A DNA stretch of 64,000 nucleotides from an uncultured delta proteobacterium. Lineage in GTDB: Bacteria; Desulfobacterota; Binatia; UBA9968. How positions within the stretch are numbered: position 1 is the first letter of the stretch; every line of letters starts with the position of its first letter. Positions 30,690 to 42,285 of the stretch are shown piece after piece. Below the pieces are notes generated by a model that saw only the letters and a program-made list of their open reading frames with translations, was not told the DNA's origin and searched no databases. The position numbers and the translations under genes were made by a program. Location of the stretch: positions 64,001-128,000 of the forward strand of contig CAWJZV010000034.1 in the NCBI GenBank assembly GCA_963847445.1. The letters run 5' to 3'.

Positions 30690-32354
30690 ATGGCGATTCT
30701 AGAAACGGTGAATAAAGGCTTTAAGAGAATCGGCGCAGCGAGGCTCGGTCTTGCTGTGACAATTCTCTTCGCGCTCTATCCAGCTATTCCATGCCTGGCG
30801 CAACCGTATCAAGGATTTGGAGCGAATACGCCAGGTGGGTCGGGGCAGCCAATTTACCATGTGACAAACCTCAACGATTCCGGACCTGGAAGCCTGCGTG
30901 ACGCCGTATCTCAGGGCGATCGGACCGTCGTGTTCGATGTGGCCGGGGAGATTGTGCTTTCAAGTGAGATCTACGTGAAAGGCGCTTTCATCACCATTGA
31001 TGGCTTTAGCGCACCCTCGCCCATAACCCTGGTTAACGATGGCCTGAGAATCGTCGGGAATATCGGCGCGCATGACATCATCGTCCGGGGCATACGGGTG
31101 CGGAATGCTATAGGGGATAGCATCACGATCCGTGACGGGGCGTATAACGTTCTCATCGACCATATCTCCTCCCAGGGGGCGACCGATGGAGCCATCGACA
31201 TCACCAGGGGCGCGCATGACGTGACTGTCCAGTGGAGTATCCTCGCTGAGAACGGGCCGGAGCATAACTTCTTGGCATTGGTCGAGTTTCAAGCCCTGCG
31301 TGTCACCTTTCATCACAACCTGTTTGTGAAAGGGCAGAGTCGAAACCCGCAGTCCGGCTGGGATACTACTTTAGCCACAACCGCGCCCGAGATTGTCACT
31401 GATATCCGCAACAACCTGATTTGGGATTTCTCTGCTTACGGGACCGTGGCTACTAAGAAGACGAAAGCTAATGTAGTGAACAACTTTTACTATTCCTCGC
31501 TTAATCCGAAAGCTAAAAGAGCACTCTATGTGACTGATGGTAGCCAGGTCTATGCCGCAGGCAACTACAGTCATAACGGTGCGAACGTTGATGGGGAGGG
31601 AAACCAGCAGGCTCCTTTCCCTGCAGTTGCGGTGGACATCACCGACGCCTGCACCGCTGCTCACCAGGTACTTGCCGAGGCGGGAGTAAGTCCGCGGGAT
31701 GTTGTCGATCAGCAGAATCTGTCGGCCGTGTCGCTACCGTCATGTAGCGCGCCTAACCCGACTATCGCGGTTAGCCCGAATGGGCTTGATTTTTCTGCCA
31801 CTATCGGGGCACCAAACCCATCCCCGAAGCCACTGACGATCACCGACTCGAGTAATGGCGTGTCTTGGAATGCGACTACCAGTGCGGCGTGGCTCGCAGT
31901 TTCCCCTATGGGCGGGACAACTCCATCGAACGTGACTGTCACCGCAAACTCGTTTGGTTTGCCGGTAGGCTCCCATCTAACGACGATTAGCATTATCGCT
32001 CCGGGCGCAGAAAATTCTCCGTTGTCGATCCCGGTGACTCTGACAGTGTCCCCCACTGTTACGACGTTACCCCAGATCACTACTCCGATACCGGGTTCAG
32101 CACTTCCGGGTTCAAGCGTCACCTTCGGCTGGGCCACCAACGGGGCGAATGTAGACAAGTGGCAACTGTATGTCGGGTCCAGTCAAGGCGCGAAGGACCT
32201 TCACGACAGTGGCAAGTTTGGCGGAAGTTCCACCACCTCTAAAACTGTATCCGGGTTGCCGGTCGATGGACGCACAATCTGGGTGCAACTTCGTTTCAAG
32301 ATCGACGCGAATTGGCAGTTCGCCGATTTTCAGTACAGCGCCGCTCCGAAGTAA
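30690..32354 (+). CDS. Secreted PL1-like lyase + BACON-like domain + C-terminal Ig-like domain
   Basis: Signal peptide, NLNDSGPGSLRDA, NVLIDHIS, DGAIDI, SRNPQ; then SWNATTSAAWLAVSP..GTTPS BACON motif. Confidence 0.87.
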   Translation: MAILETVNKGFKRIGAARLGLAVTILFALYPAIPCLAQPYQGFGANTPGGSGQPIYHVTNLNDSGPGSLRDAVSQGDRTVVFDVAGEIVLSSEIYVKGAFITIDGFSAPSPITLVNDGLRIVGNIGAHDIIVRGIRVRNAIGDSITIRDGAYNVLIDHISSQGATDGAIDITRGAHDVTVQWSILAENGPEHNFLALVEFQALRVTFHHNLFVKGQSRNPQSGWDTTLATTAPEIVTDIRNNLIWDFSAYGTVATKKTKANVVNNFYYSSLNPKAKRALYVTDGSQVYAAGNYSHNGANVDGEGNQQAPFPAVAVDITDACTAAHQVLAEAGVSPRDVVDQQNLSAVSLPSCSAPNPTIAVSPNGLDFSATIGAPNPSPKPLTITDSSNGVSWNATTSAAWLAVSPMGGTTPSNVTVTANSFGLPVGSHLTTISIIAPGAENSPLSIPVTLTVSPTVTTLPQITTPIPGSALPGSSVTFGWATNGANVDKWQLYVGSSQGAKDLHDSGKFGGSSTTSKTVSGLPVDGRTIWVQLRFKIDANWQFADFQYSAAPK

Positions 32355-32552
32355 TTCTTTGAGAGCCATGGGAAGACTTGGCGTGATCCGCTCTGCAACT
32401 GTGGTGGCGGACTGAGTTCCTTGCACCGAAACTCACGATTGCCATGAACGGTTGGAGCAGATCATAATCCGAATCCCACCCTTCAGGCCATCCACTGCAA
32501 CCCCGGCGACGACAAAAATTCGCCAAACCAAGCGTTATCATACGACCGGACG

Positions 32553-33447
32553 ATGAGATCTCCTGATTTTTAAAAGGCGGAGCGCCAAAGTGTCGCATGA
32601 CGGCGATGCATCATTATCTCAACGAGCATCCAGAGATCTTCATGTCCGAAAAGGAGCTGCAGTTCTTCGGCAGTGACCTGGTTTTTGCCGCGCCTCGCCT
32701 TCAAAGAGAGAACTATTTGCTTGCTTTCTTGTCGGCGACCGCAGAAAAGAACGCGGCGAAGGCGCTGTGTGGTATCTCTATTCGAAGCGGGCTTCCGCAG
32801 AAATAAGAGATTTCTGTCTCTCCGCGCGCGTCATCATCATGTTACGCAACCCCGTCGACGCGATGTACTCCCTCTTTATTGTCACCGCGTGTACAGCGGC
32901 AATGAAGTCTCCAGAATTTCGAAATGGCGTTGGCTGCCGAGCATAACTGCAGCGCGCAAGTCTCTGCCGCCGAACCCGTCGAATCTCGTGGGATGCTTCT
33001 ATCGAGAGTCGGTCAAATTTACGCGCCATATACGGCGAAATTTTATGACCTTCGGTCGGGAGAATGTGAGCACGTCATTATTTTGGAGGATTTGCAGAAA
33101 GATGTCGCCGGCGTTTACAAACATCGCTGCGAGTTTTTTGGCGTCGATCACCGTTTTCTACCCGACTTCCCCATCATCAATCCCAGGCAACGTGCGCGAA
33201 GCGCATTGATCAGGAATCTGCTTTATAATCCTCCCCCGCTCTTTTTCGTTGGCTAGCCAGAGCCTTGGGGCTTCGGCGGAATAGACACGGCGGGTACCAA
33301 GGCTGGCTGAAGCGCTTGAATACTAACCACGCGAAACTACTACCAAAAACCCGGAACTGAGACGTGGCCTGCAGAAATAGTTTTTCCCCGCAGTCGAGCA
33401 GAATCAGTAGTTAGCTCCGCCGTGACCTAATACACTCGGTGCAACCG
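32553..33447 (+). pseudogene. Heavily disrupted copy of sulfotransferase 25809-26702
   Basis: DNA collinear with 25795-26700 (TACGACCGGACGATGAGATC start); many frameshifts and an internal TAG; pseudogene or low-quality consensus. Confidence 0.75.
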
Positions 33448-35057
33448 ATGAAAGAATATACGAGCCTGCGCGTCTCTCCCTATGCGGCGAACGCGTTGCG
33501 CATGCCCTTGGCGCCCTAGGATTTGCATCGGTCGGAAAATTCTTGTTCTGGTGGCGAGGATTCGGTGTTGCCTACACGCAAGCACCGCTTTACACGTCAA
33601 ATCAAAACACCAAATTTCTTATTGGTTTGGCAGACGGTGGTTTGGGATTTCTGAACGAGGACTGGCTGGCCAATACCTTGGACCCTTTTCCGCTCTTTAG
33701 CTTCTTAGTCCATGCGACTTACCGCTACCTTCACGCCAACGCGTTCTACTTCTACAATATTGTTATCTTCGGAGTTTATCTTTATAGCGTGTCGGGGATC
33801 GTGGCGAAGATCTGCAACATCAAGGAACCACGACCTAAATACCTTACGTTCCTGGTCGCTACTATTGCACTTCATTCTTACGCTTTAGACTCTCTCTCTC
33901 TGAGAATCTTTGGTTTTGAATTGGCACAGCTCCACTATGGATTGGCCGAATATCATATCATCGGGCGAATATTTCAGCCTAGCGTATTTGGCGTTTTCAT
34001 ACTCTTGTCAATCTACGCGTTTCTTAATAAACGGTTCTTTTCGGCTGCTTTCCTGTTGGTTTTCGCGGCAATAGTTCATCCCACTTACCTTTTAATTTCT
34101 GCGGTACTGACAGTCTCATATATGTTAGTTGTTTACGCGAGAGGAAAAAACGCAAAAAAGTCGCTCTCTCTAGGGCTTTTCAATCTCACGTTGATACTGC
34201 CGGTCTTGGGCTATCTCTTCATCTACTTTAGCCCAACGTCGCCTGAGTTATGGAGCAAATCGAAAGCGGTGTTGATCAATATCAGGAGCCCGCATCACTT
34301 CAACCCGGAAGTTTGGCTTGGCGGGCTGTGTGTATGAAACTAGGCATTACGGCAGTGGCTATTTATCTGGTCAGAAACACGCGGCTTTTCCCGATCATGT
34401 TATTACCTTTTGCGATTGCCGTGATTCTGAGCATTACACAGGTAATATGGGGAAATAACGGCCTTGCGGCTCTTACGCCCTGGCGTATGTTCATTGTCTT
34501 AGTGCCGGTGGCGCTCGCGATTATTGTCGGACATCTCGTTTCGCGATTTTTCGAGAAAGTTCTTCAATCCGACCGGAGAACGATATGCCGTAGCGACTCT
34601 GGTAAATTTTACGGTACTGCTGGTGCTGGTTCTCTATGGCGCGAATACGCAGATGAAACGATTTGCGAATTACTACGGCGGCGAAGCGATGCCGATGATG
34701 AACTATGTAAGGGAAGCGAAATCTTTCGGTGACAACTTTCTCATACCCGTCGAATTGGAAGACTTTCGACTTTATACAGGCGCGCCTATCTTGGTAAATT
34801 TCAAGTCAGGGCCGTACAAGGATACTGAATACATGGAGTGGTATCAGCGCTTCATCGGAGCTAGCGATTTTTACAATGCCCGGGACGAGGCCGCTTGCGA
34901 CATTCTTCAACGGTTGCTCGATAGGTACAAGCTAACGCACGTTGTCGTCAAAGGCGCCCATCCCGGCGCACAGTGCGGGAATTTGGCGAAATTATATAAA
35001 GATGATCACTATAGCGTTTATAGAATACAGAAAGAGAAGTCATCAATAGGTAGCTAG
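33448..35057 (+). CDS. DUF6798-like membrane protein, paralog of 26702-28372 (frameshifted)
   Basis: YTQAPLYTSNQNTKF, FQPSVFGV, RSPHH, ELEDFRLYTGAP across three ORFs. Confidence 0.8.
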
Positions 35058-35533
35058 CGGCTACTTCCGGGGAAAATGACCACAGCCCGCCGGCTAAAAG
35101 ACTGGCCACTACAATTATTAAGATCTCCACGGGCTTGGTCAAACCCAGTCAAGTTAAGGGTTTCAAGGGATGTCGGGCGGCTGCCGACCGACGGTCGCAC
35201 TATAGGGCTAGAGCTACGGTTCTAAGGCGCTCGGATTTCAGTCAAAGCGCGAGAAAGCCCGTGTAGACCACCGCAATGTCTCGCGGCGGGAACCGCGCAG
35301 CTCGCTACTTGAACTCATAAAAAGGCTCGTAGCCAATAAAAGCGAGCAGTGAGAATCGTGAGAAGCCGCGAGTCGCGCGCGGTACCCCGTGTTAGCGCTT
35401 ATTAATCGAGCGACCCCTTTCGTATCGCTGGTTTGGTCCGGCAGGCCGGTACGAATGACAGGCGTGACATGCCTCATCGCGTCAGCTCGCGGTCCTAATC
35501 CATCTCCTTCCGTTGTTCGAACACAGCGCAGAC

Positions 35534-37214
35534 ATGAAAAGAGATCCTTCTCGATTGGCTGATCGGATTTTCGATATTGCTGTCGTCGGCGGCGGAATCT
35601 ATGGGATTAGCGTGGCGAGGGATGCCGCTTTACGAGGATTGACGGTAGGCTTAGTCGAGCAAGGCGACTTCGGCAACGCCGCTTCCTCGAATCATCACAA
35701 GATCATCCATGGCGGTTTTCGGTATCTGCAACACGCGGACTTTTCAAGGATGCGCGAATCAATTAGGGAGCGCAACGTTCTTATGCGAATCGCTCCGCAT
35801 CTCGTCCACCCATTGCCGTGTGTCATACCGACTTACGGTCACCGTCTAAAAGAAAAACTCATGCTCGCGGTGGCGCTGAAGATAAATGATTTGATCAGCT
35901 TTGATCGGAATCGAAAGCTGCGAGAGGAGCCAAAAAATCCCCGCTGGCCGCATTTTATCAACGGCGCAGTGTCTACAGCTTTGCCCCAATATCGATCAAC
36001 GCGGGTTGAACGGAGGCGCACTTTTTTTCGACGCCCAGGTCGACAACCCGGACCGTCTCAACTTATCGGTTTTGTTTTCCGCCGCAGAAGCCGGGGCGGA
36101 CTTCGCAAATTACGTGGAGATGACTGAATTCCTGCGAGACGGTCCTGCGGTTTCAGGCGTACGCGTTAGGGATACGCTTTCGGGAGCGGAGTTTGCGATT
36201 CGCGCTCGGGTTGTTGTCAATTGCACCGGTCCTAGGCCGGATCAGATTCTCCACTTGCTCGGACGGCCGCCGATCGAAATACCTACTAAGCTGTTGAAAG
36301 CGATAGTGCTGGTAACGCGGCCTGTAGTGGGCAACACAGCCGTTGGCATACGCAGTAGAGCGCCGTATACCGATCGAGACGCCGTTGTTCAAAAGGGGTA
36401 CAGGTTCTTTTTTATCACACCCTGGCGACATACGTCGCTGGTCGGCACGTTTGAAACCCCGTACAAAGCGGATCGCGACGGCCGGGATGTAAGTGAAAAC
36501 GAGATTACGGATTTCCTCCGACAAATCAACGATGCTTTCTCGGGTGCCCGCCTTCAACGGGAGGATGTGGTTGGGGTTTTGAGCGGCCTTTTGCCCGCTG
36601 CGGACGCGAGCGGGCCAAATGGTCACGTGCAACGCCAGAATCACTGGATCATACGAGATCACGGAGCCGAAGACGGTATATCAGGGCTGCTATCTGTTGT
36701 CGGAGTGAAATATACGACGGCGAGAGGCATTGCCGAGAGAACCGTCAACCTGGTTTTAACGAAACTTGGCCGCAAGTTTGTACGATCTCGAACTGCGGAA
36801 ACTCCAGTAGCCGGGGCCGTCATCAATGGCTGGGACGAATTTGCCGATCAAGCGGCGAAAGAACGCACTCGGCAGATCAGCACCGAGACGCTAAGGCATT
36901 TGTTGCAGTGCTACGGATCTGAATACCGCACAATTCTGCGCTATTGCGACGAAGATTCAAGCTGGAGCCGGTCAATCAGCGGTGACGCGCCGACGATACG
37001 GGCTGAAGTGCTCCATGGCATACGGTCCGAGATGGCCCGCAAGCTGAGCGACGTCATTTTCCGACGCACGGAATTAGGGACTGCGGGACATCCAGGAGAC
37101 GCTTGCCTTCACGCCTGCGCGGAAATCATGCGCGCGGAATTGGACTGGAACAAAGCGACGATGTTTCGAGAGTTGGACGACGTTCAGCAGGCGTTTTCGT
37201 ACGAACGACAATAA
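35534..37214 (+). CDS. glpD: FAD-dependent glycerol-3-phosphate dehydrogenase/oxidase-like protein (frameshift at ~35935)
   Basis: DIAVVGGGIYG, KIIHGGFRYL, GVKYTTAR, DVIFRRTELG. Confidence 0.82.
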
Positions 37215-37218
37215 GCCC

Positions 37219-38445
37219 GTGCAAGCTGATAATCTGAAAATTCTGATGATCGCACCGACGCCGTTTTTTGCGGACCGTGGATGCCACATCCGTATTCTAG
37301 GCGAAGCCAAGGCGCTGATTAACTTAGGCCACGAATTGATCCTATGTACGTATTTTCTCGGCCGGGATATCGAAGGTGTCCCGGTTGTGCGTACCTTGTC
37401 CGTTCCGTGGTACAACAAGCTGTCTGCCGGACCATCGTGGCACAAGTTCTACATCGATCTGTTACTGTTGGGGAAAGTCGTCTCGGTGTGCCGTACATTT
37501 CGGCCCGATGTCATTCACGCGCATCTACATGAGGGAGTCGTTATCGGCAAGATCGCGAGTCGGCTTTTTGGGATTCCGCTGGTCGCGGATCTTCAGGGCA
37601 GTCTTACCGATGAACTCCTGGCTCACAGGTTTATCCCGGAGGTTCGCATCTTGGTAAAACTCGTCCGCTGGATTGAGAAAAAGATCAACCAGATGCCAAT
37701 ACACCTGATCGTCAGCTCCAAGCAGACTGCCCAGAGTTGCGTCGACACTTATGGTATCTCTGGAAACCGGGTCAGTTCGGTGACCGACGGCGTCGATCTC
37801 GATATTTTTTCACCGCGCGAAAAAGATTTGGTTCTGCAGGCGGCTTTAGGCATTCACAAAGGCGGTGGGAACGATGAATGATAGGGTGGTCATTTTCGTT
37901 GGCGTGCTCTCTGAGTATCAGGGAATTGACTTGCTGCTGGAAGCCATTCCTCTGGTCGTTCGAGAAGTGCCTGAGGTGAAGTTTTTAATTGTCGGATATC
38001 CCGGGGAACAAGTTTATCGGGAAGGGCGCGCGCGCTGGGTGTGGAGAGATGGACCCACTTCACCGGCAGGATTCCTTACGAAGAGGTGCCGCGTTATCTC
38101 TCGTTGGCCGACATTGCGGTTTCTCCGAAAATTTCCGCCACGCGAGGCAAATTTAAAACTGTTTACGTACATGGCTATGGGACTTCCGACCGTGGTTTTT
38201 GACAACCCTATCAACCGTGAAATTCTCGACGATCTCGGAGTGTATGCCAAAAATGGGGATGTAGAATCGCTGGCAGCCGCATTGATCCAGTGTTCTTCAA
38301 GACAGAGCATGGGCTCAACAGCTTGGCAAGCTAAGTCATCAAAAGGCCGCCGCACTTCATTCGTGGCTGCAAGTGGGCAAGCGATTGGGAGACATCTACA
38401 ATTCGATAGCCCCTTACACGGGCTCGGGTTCAAAGGAGCAAGCCG
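37219..38445 (+). CDS. Glycosyltransferase family 4 (frameshifted; end approximate)
   Basis: PTPFFADRGCHIRI, HAHLHEG, DGVD, YQGIDLL, KLFTYMAMGLP. Confidence 0.82.
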
Positions 38446-39477
38446 ATGGCCAACGAAAAGGTGCTGGTTACTGGGGGAGCCGGTTTCGTCGGTTCCCATT
38501 TAGCAAACGAATTAGTTAGGCGCGGCTACCGTGTCACGGTCTTAGATGATCTCAGCGGCGGATTTGCGGAGAATGTCCAGCAGAAAGCCCGGTTGATCCA
38601 AGGTAGCGTATCCGACGAAAATCTAATCAAAGTTATCTTCTCAAGGGAAAAGTTCGATTATGTCTTTCACCTGGCTGCATATGCTGCGGAGGGGCTCAGT
38701 CATTTTATTAAGAAGTTCAACTATGAAAATAATCTTATCGGGAGCATTAATCTCATCAATGCGTCGATCAACCACGAGGTGGAGTGCTTTGTCTTTACTT
38801 CTTCCATCGCGGTTTACGGGAAAAACCAGCTTCCGATGACCGAAGAAATGGTTCCGGTGCCGGAGGACCCATACGGCATTGCCAAACTGGCTGTGGAGCG
38901 CGAGCTGCAGGTGAGCCATGAGATGTTCGGGCTTGATTACATCATCTTCAGGCCGCACAACGTGTACGGCGAGCAGCAGAATATCGGCGATCGTTATCGC
39001 AACGTCGTGGGAATCTTCATGAACCAGATCATGCGGGGCGAGCCGATGACGATTTTCGGCGACGGTGAGCAGACTCGGGCTTTCACATACGTTCGAGATG
39101 TTGTACCGGTGATGGCCGATGCTCCTCTCAATCGCCTGGCCCGCAACCAAATATTTAACCTCGGGGCGGAAACGCCCTACACGGTGAATGAGCTCGCCAA
39201 ACAGGTGGCCAAGGCCATGGGCGTTCCCCCGAAAGTGAAGTATCTGGACGCGCGGAGCGAACTCAAGCACGCCTTTAGCAGCCACAAGCGGGTAGAGGAG
39301 GTTTTCGGTCACAAGCCTAACTTCACGCTGGAAGCCGGCTTGGCGAACATGGCTAGTTGGGCCCGGCAGGTCGGGTCCCGGGAAAGCAAATTTTTTGGCG
39401 AGATCGAGATTGCCAAAAACATGCCGGCCAGCTGGCAACAATCACTATCGCGGCCACGCGCGAAGGTGGGAACATGA
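38446..39477 (+). CDS. NAD-dependent sugar epimerase/dehydratase
   Basis: [14 protein letters not shown] (YxxxK), RPHNVYG. Confidence 0.93.
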   Translation: MANEKVLVTGGAGFVGSHLANELVRRGYRVTVLDDLSGGFAENVQQKARLIQGSVSDENLIKVIFSREKFDYVFHLAAYAAEGLSHFIKKFNYENNLIGSINLINASINHEVECFVFTSSIAVYGKNQLPMTEEMVPVPEDPYGIAKLAVERELQVSHEMFGLDYIIFRPHNVYGEQQNIGDRYRNVVGIFMNQIMRGEPMTIFGDGEQTRAFTYVRDVVPVMADAPLNRLARNQIFNLGAETPYTVNELAKQVAKAMGVPPKVKYLDARSELKHAFSSHKRVEEVFGHKPNFTLEAGLANMASWARQVGSRESKFFGEIEIAKNMPASWQQSLSRPRAKVGT

Positions 39478-40466
39478 GAGTCTTAGTCACCGGTGGCACA
39501 GGATTCACCGGCAGCCACCTGGTTAAGCGGCTGCTGGACAAGGGTCACGAAGTCTCCGTCCTCGATAATCAGAAGGGCCTATTTTACGAGGAGCTCAGGG
39601 ATGCAGGAGCAAAGATTGAACTGGCAACGATTACGGACAAGAGCCTGGTGGACAGAATGGTGAAAGGACAAGAAGTGATACACCACCTCGCCGCAGCCTT
39701 TCGACAGCTTAACGTGCCTCAGCGTTACTACTGGAGTGTGAACGTTGACGGCACTCGGCTCTTGCTCGATGCGGCTCATCGCTTTCAGGTGCGCAGATTC
39801 GTCTACTGCAGCACGCCAGGGCGTTCATGGCCATATCAAGAACCCACCGGGTAATGAACGGTCACCGATCGCCCCCGAGGATTACTATCAGTCGACCAAG
39901 TACGAAGGGGAAAAGGTCGTGCAGGAATATTTCAACAAGGGGCTCGATGCAGTGACGCTTCGTCCTACCGCCATTTATGGTCCCGGCGATCCGGAACGCT
40001 TTCTGTATGCTGTTCCGCATGGTGAAACGGCAGTCGTTTCTTGATGTTCGGTGATGGTGAAACCTTCTATCATCCGGTGTACATCGACAACTTGGTCGAT
40101 GCATTTGAGCACGCCGCCGCGCAAGGATAGGCATTCGCGGCAAACGTATATTATTGGCGGATGAGCACTATTACTCTTTGAACGACCTAGTTCAGCATGT
40201 TGCTGACGCCTTAGGAGTCTCGGTCCAAATCCGGCATCTTCCATTTCTGCCACTGTGGACTGCCGCCGTGGTTATGCGAGATGGCCTGTAAACCCCTCCG
40301 CCTTAGACCGCCGCTTTTCCGCCGCCGTGTCGACTGGTTTCGGCAGGTCCGTGCCTTTAGCATCGACAAGGCCAAGCGCGAGCTGGGATACGAGCCGAAG
40401 TTGGGCTTAAGAGAAGGTTTGGCCTTAACGGCTCGCTGGTACGAGACGCAAGGTTACTTGGCCTGA
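39474..40466 (+). CDS. NAD-dependent sugar epimerase/dehydratase (frameshifted)
   Basis: [28 protein letters not shown]; ATGA overlap with upstream gene. Confidence 0.85.
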
Positions 40467-40476
40467 GAAGCAGCCA

Positions 40477-42255
40477 ATGATGGTATTAGGCATTACCGAC
40501 GGCGACGATAGTGGAGCGTGTATTATATGCGACGGAGTTGTACTTGCCGCGGTGAATGAGGAACGCTTGAACCGTAAGAAGCAGGTGATTGGCTTTCCAT
40601 CGCTTTCGATTGGAGAAGTCATTCGACTGAGTGGCATACAAGCCGCGGACGTAGAAACCGTGGGTGTGGCCGCAATAAGCGAAAAGTTCAATCCGCAACC
40701 CTTAGAAAACAACGGATGGTTTAGAACGAAGGAGGGTTTCGCAAAGCGCTTTCGCGACGACGTCTCCTCAGCTCTAGCTCCATATGTGGGAGACTACGGG
40801 TTGGCCAAAAAGATCTATCATCAGATGCGGGTCAGAATTAGCCACGAACGGCGAGCAGGTATTCCTAGGCTGCTGCGGGACCTCGGCGTTCAGGCTCCGA
40901 TTCGTTATTACAATCATCACCTGTGCCATGCGCTTTCCGCTTATCACACGAGCGGCTTCGATTCGGCGCTCACTTTGACACTGGACGGCGGGGGAGACGG
41001 CTCATGCTCCCATACGTATCTAGCCGACGGGCGGTCATTTCGGCGCCTGTCGACTCTGGACAGTTTTCATTCCATCGGAAACTTCTACGCTTATGTTACT
41101 TATCTGTGCGGGTTCAAGCCTGCCATTCATGAAGGGAAAATTACCGGACTGGCCGCCTACGGGCGGCCTGAATATGAGGACCTCTTCAGCCGCTTAATAG
41201 GCTACCGCGATGGACAGATCATCAATACCGGAAATGTTTATCGTTGGAGCGCCATTCGTGAGATTAAACGGACGCTGCCGGCATCTTTCAAATTGGAAGA
41301 TCTTGCCGCGAGTATTCAGACGGTTCTCGAAAAGACTACCCTGGACTATGTCCGGCATTGGATCGGACGATCCGGAGCGAGGAATGTCGCGCTCGCGGGA
41401 GGAGTATTCTCCAATGTCAAGTTGAATCAGATGATCGCCGAGCTCCCTGAGGTCGACGCGCTCCATGTATTTCCTCAAATGGGAGACGGAGGGTTGGCCG
41501 TCGGCGCGGCTTATGCTTTCCCAGCGCCGAACGGGCGCGGCGAAATGTTCACCCGCCGCCTCGAAAACGTGTATCTTGGGCCGGCTTATACTGACACGGA
41601 AATGCGCGGCGAATTGGATGCGGCTGGTCTCCTCTATGCGCACCACCATGACGTGGAAAGGCAAATCGCCAAACTTCTTGCGGCGGGAAAGGTTGTAGCT
41701 AGGTTCGAAGGCAAGATGGAGTTTGGCCCGAGGGCTTTAGGAAATCGCTCGATTTTATACGGGCCGACGGATCCGACGATCAACGACTGGTTGAATAAGC
41801 AACTGAAGCGAACAGAGTTCATGCCCTTTGCGCCTTCTGTTCTGGCGGAGTATGCCGACCAGTGTTTCAATACCAGCAAAACGGGATCTCACGCTACTCG
41901 ATTCATGACGATGACTCTTAATTGCACTGATTGGATGAAACGAAATTGCCCCGCGGTTGTCCATGTCGACGGCACCGCTAGGCCGCAAATGGTAGATCAA
42001 CAGACCAGCCCGAGTTTTTACACAATCATCGACGAATTTCGGAAACTTACGTCTTTACCCTGCGTTATCAATACCAGCTTCAACATGCATGAAGAGCCTA
42101 TCGTCTGTAGTCCACGCGATGCCATCCGCGCATTCAAGCTCGGCCAGCTGGATTATTTGGCGATGGGCAACTTTGTAGTCAGGAATTCGGCTCTATCGCT
42201 AGATTCTTTGATCCCAGACAGGCGATCCGTGGGCGGCCTTCAACCCACTTACTAG
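40477..42255 (+). CDS. Carbamoyltransferase (NodU/CmcH family)
   Basis: EERLNRKK, HHLCHA, DGGGD, EGKITGLA, EFGPRALGNRSI, HVDGTARPQ, NTSFN. Confidence 0.95.
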   Translation: MMVLGITDGDDSGACIICDGVVLAAVNEERLNRKKQVIGFPSLSIGEVIRLSGIQAADVETVGVAAISEKFNPQPLENNGWFRTKEGFAKRFRDDVSSALAPYVGDYGLAKKIYHQMRVRISHERRAGIPRLLRDLGVQAPIRYYNHHLCHALSAYHTSGFDSALTLTLDGGGDGSCSHTYLADGRSFRRLSTLDSFHSIGNFYAYVTYLCGFKPAIHEGKITGLAAYGRPEYEDLFSRLIGYRDGQIINTGNVYRWSAIREIKRTLPASFKLEDLAASIQTVLEKTTLDYVRHWIGRSGARNVALAGGVFSNVKLNQMIAELPEVDALHVFPQMGDGGLAVGAAYAFPAPNGRGEMFTRRLENVYLGPAYTDTEMRGELDAAGLLYAHHHDVERQIAKLLAAGKVVARFEGKMEFGPRALGNRSILYGPTDPTINDWLNKQLKRTEFMPFAPSVLAEYADQCFNTSKTGSHATRFMTMTLNCTDWMKRNCPAVVHVDGTARPQMVDQQTSPSFYTIIDEFRKLTSLPCVINTSFNMHEEPIVCSPRDAIRAFKLGQLDYLAMGNFVVRNSALSLDSLIPDRRSVGGLQPTY

Positions 42256-42285
42256 CCGAGCGGTTAGCAATCACCGGTTAATCGA

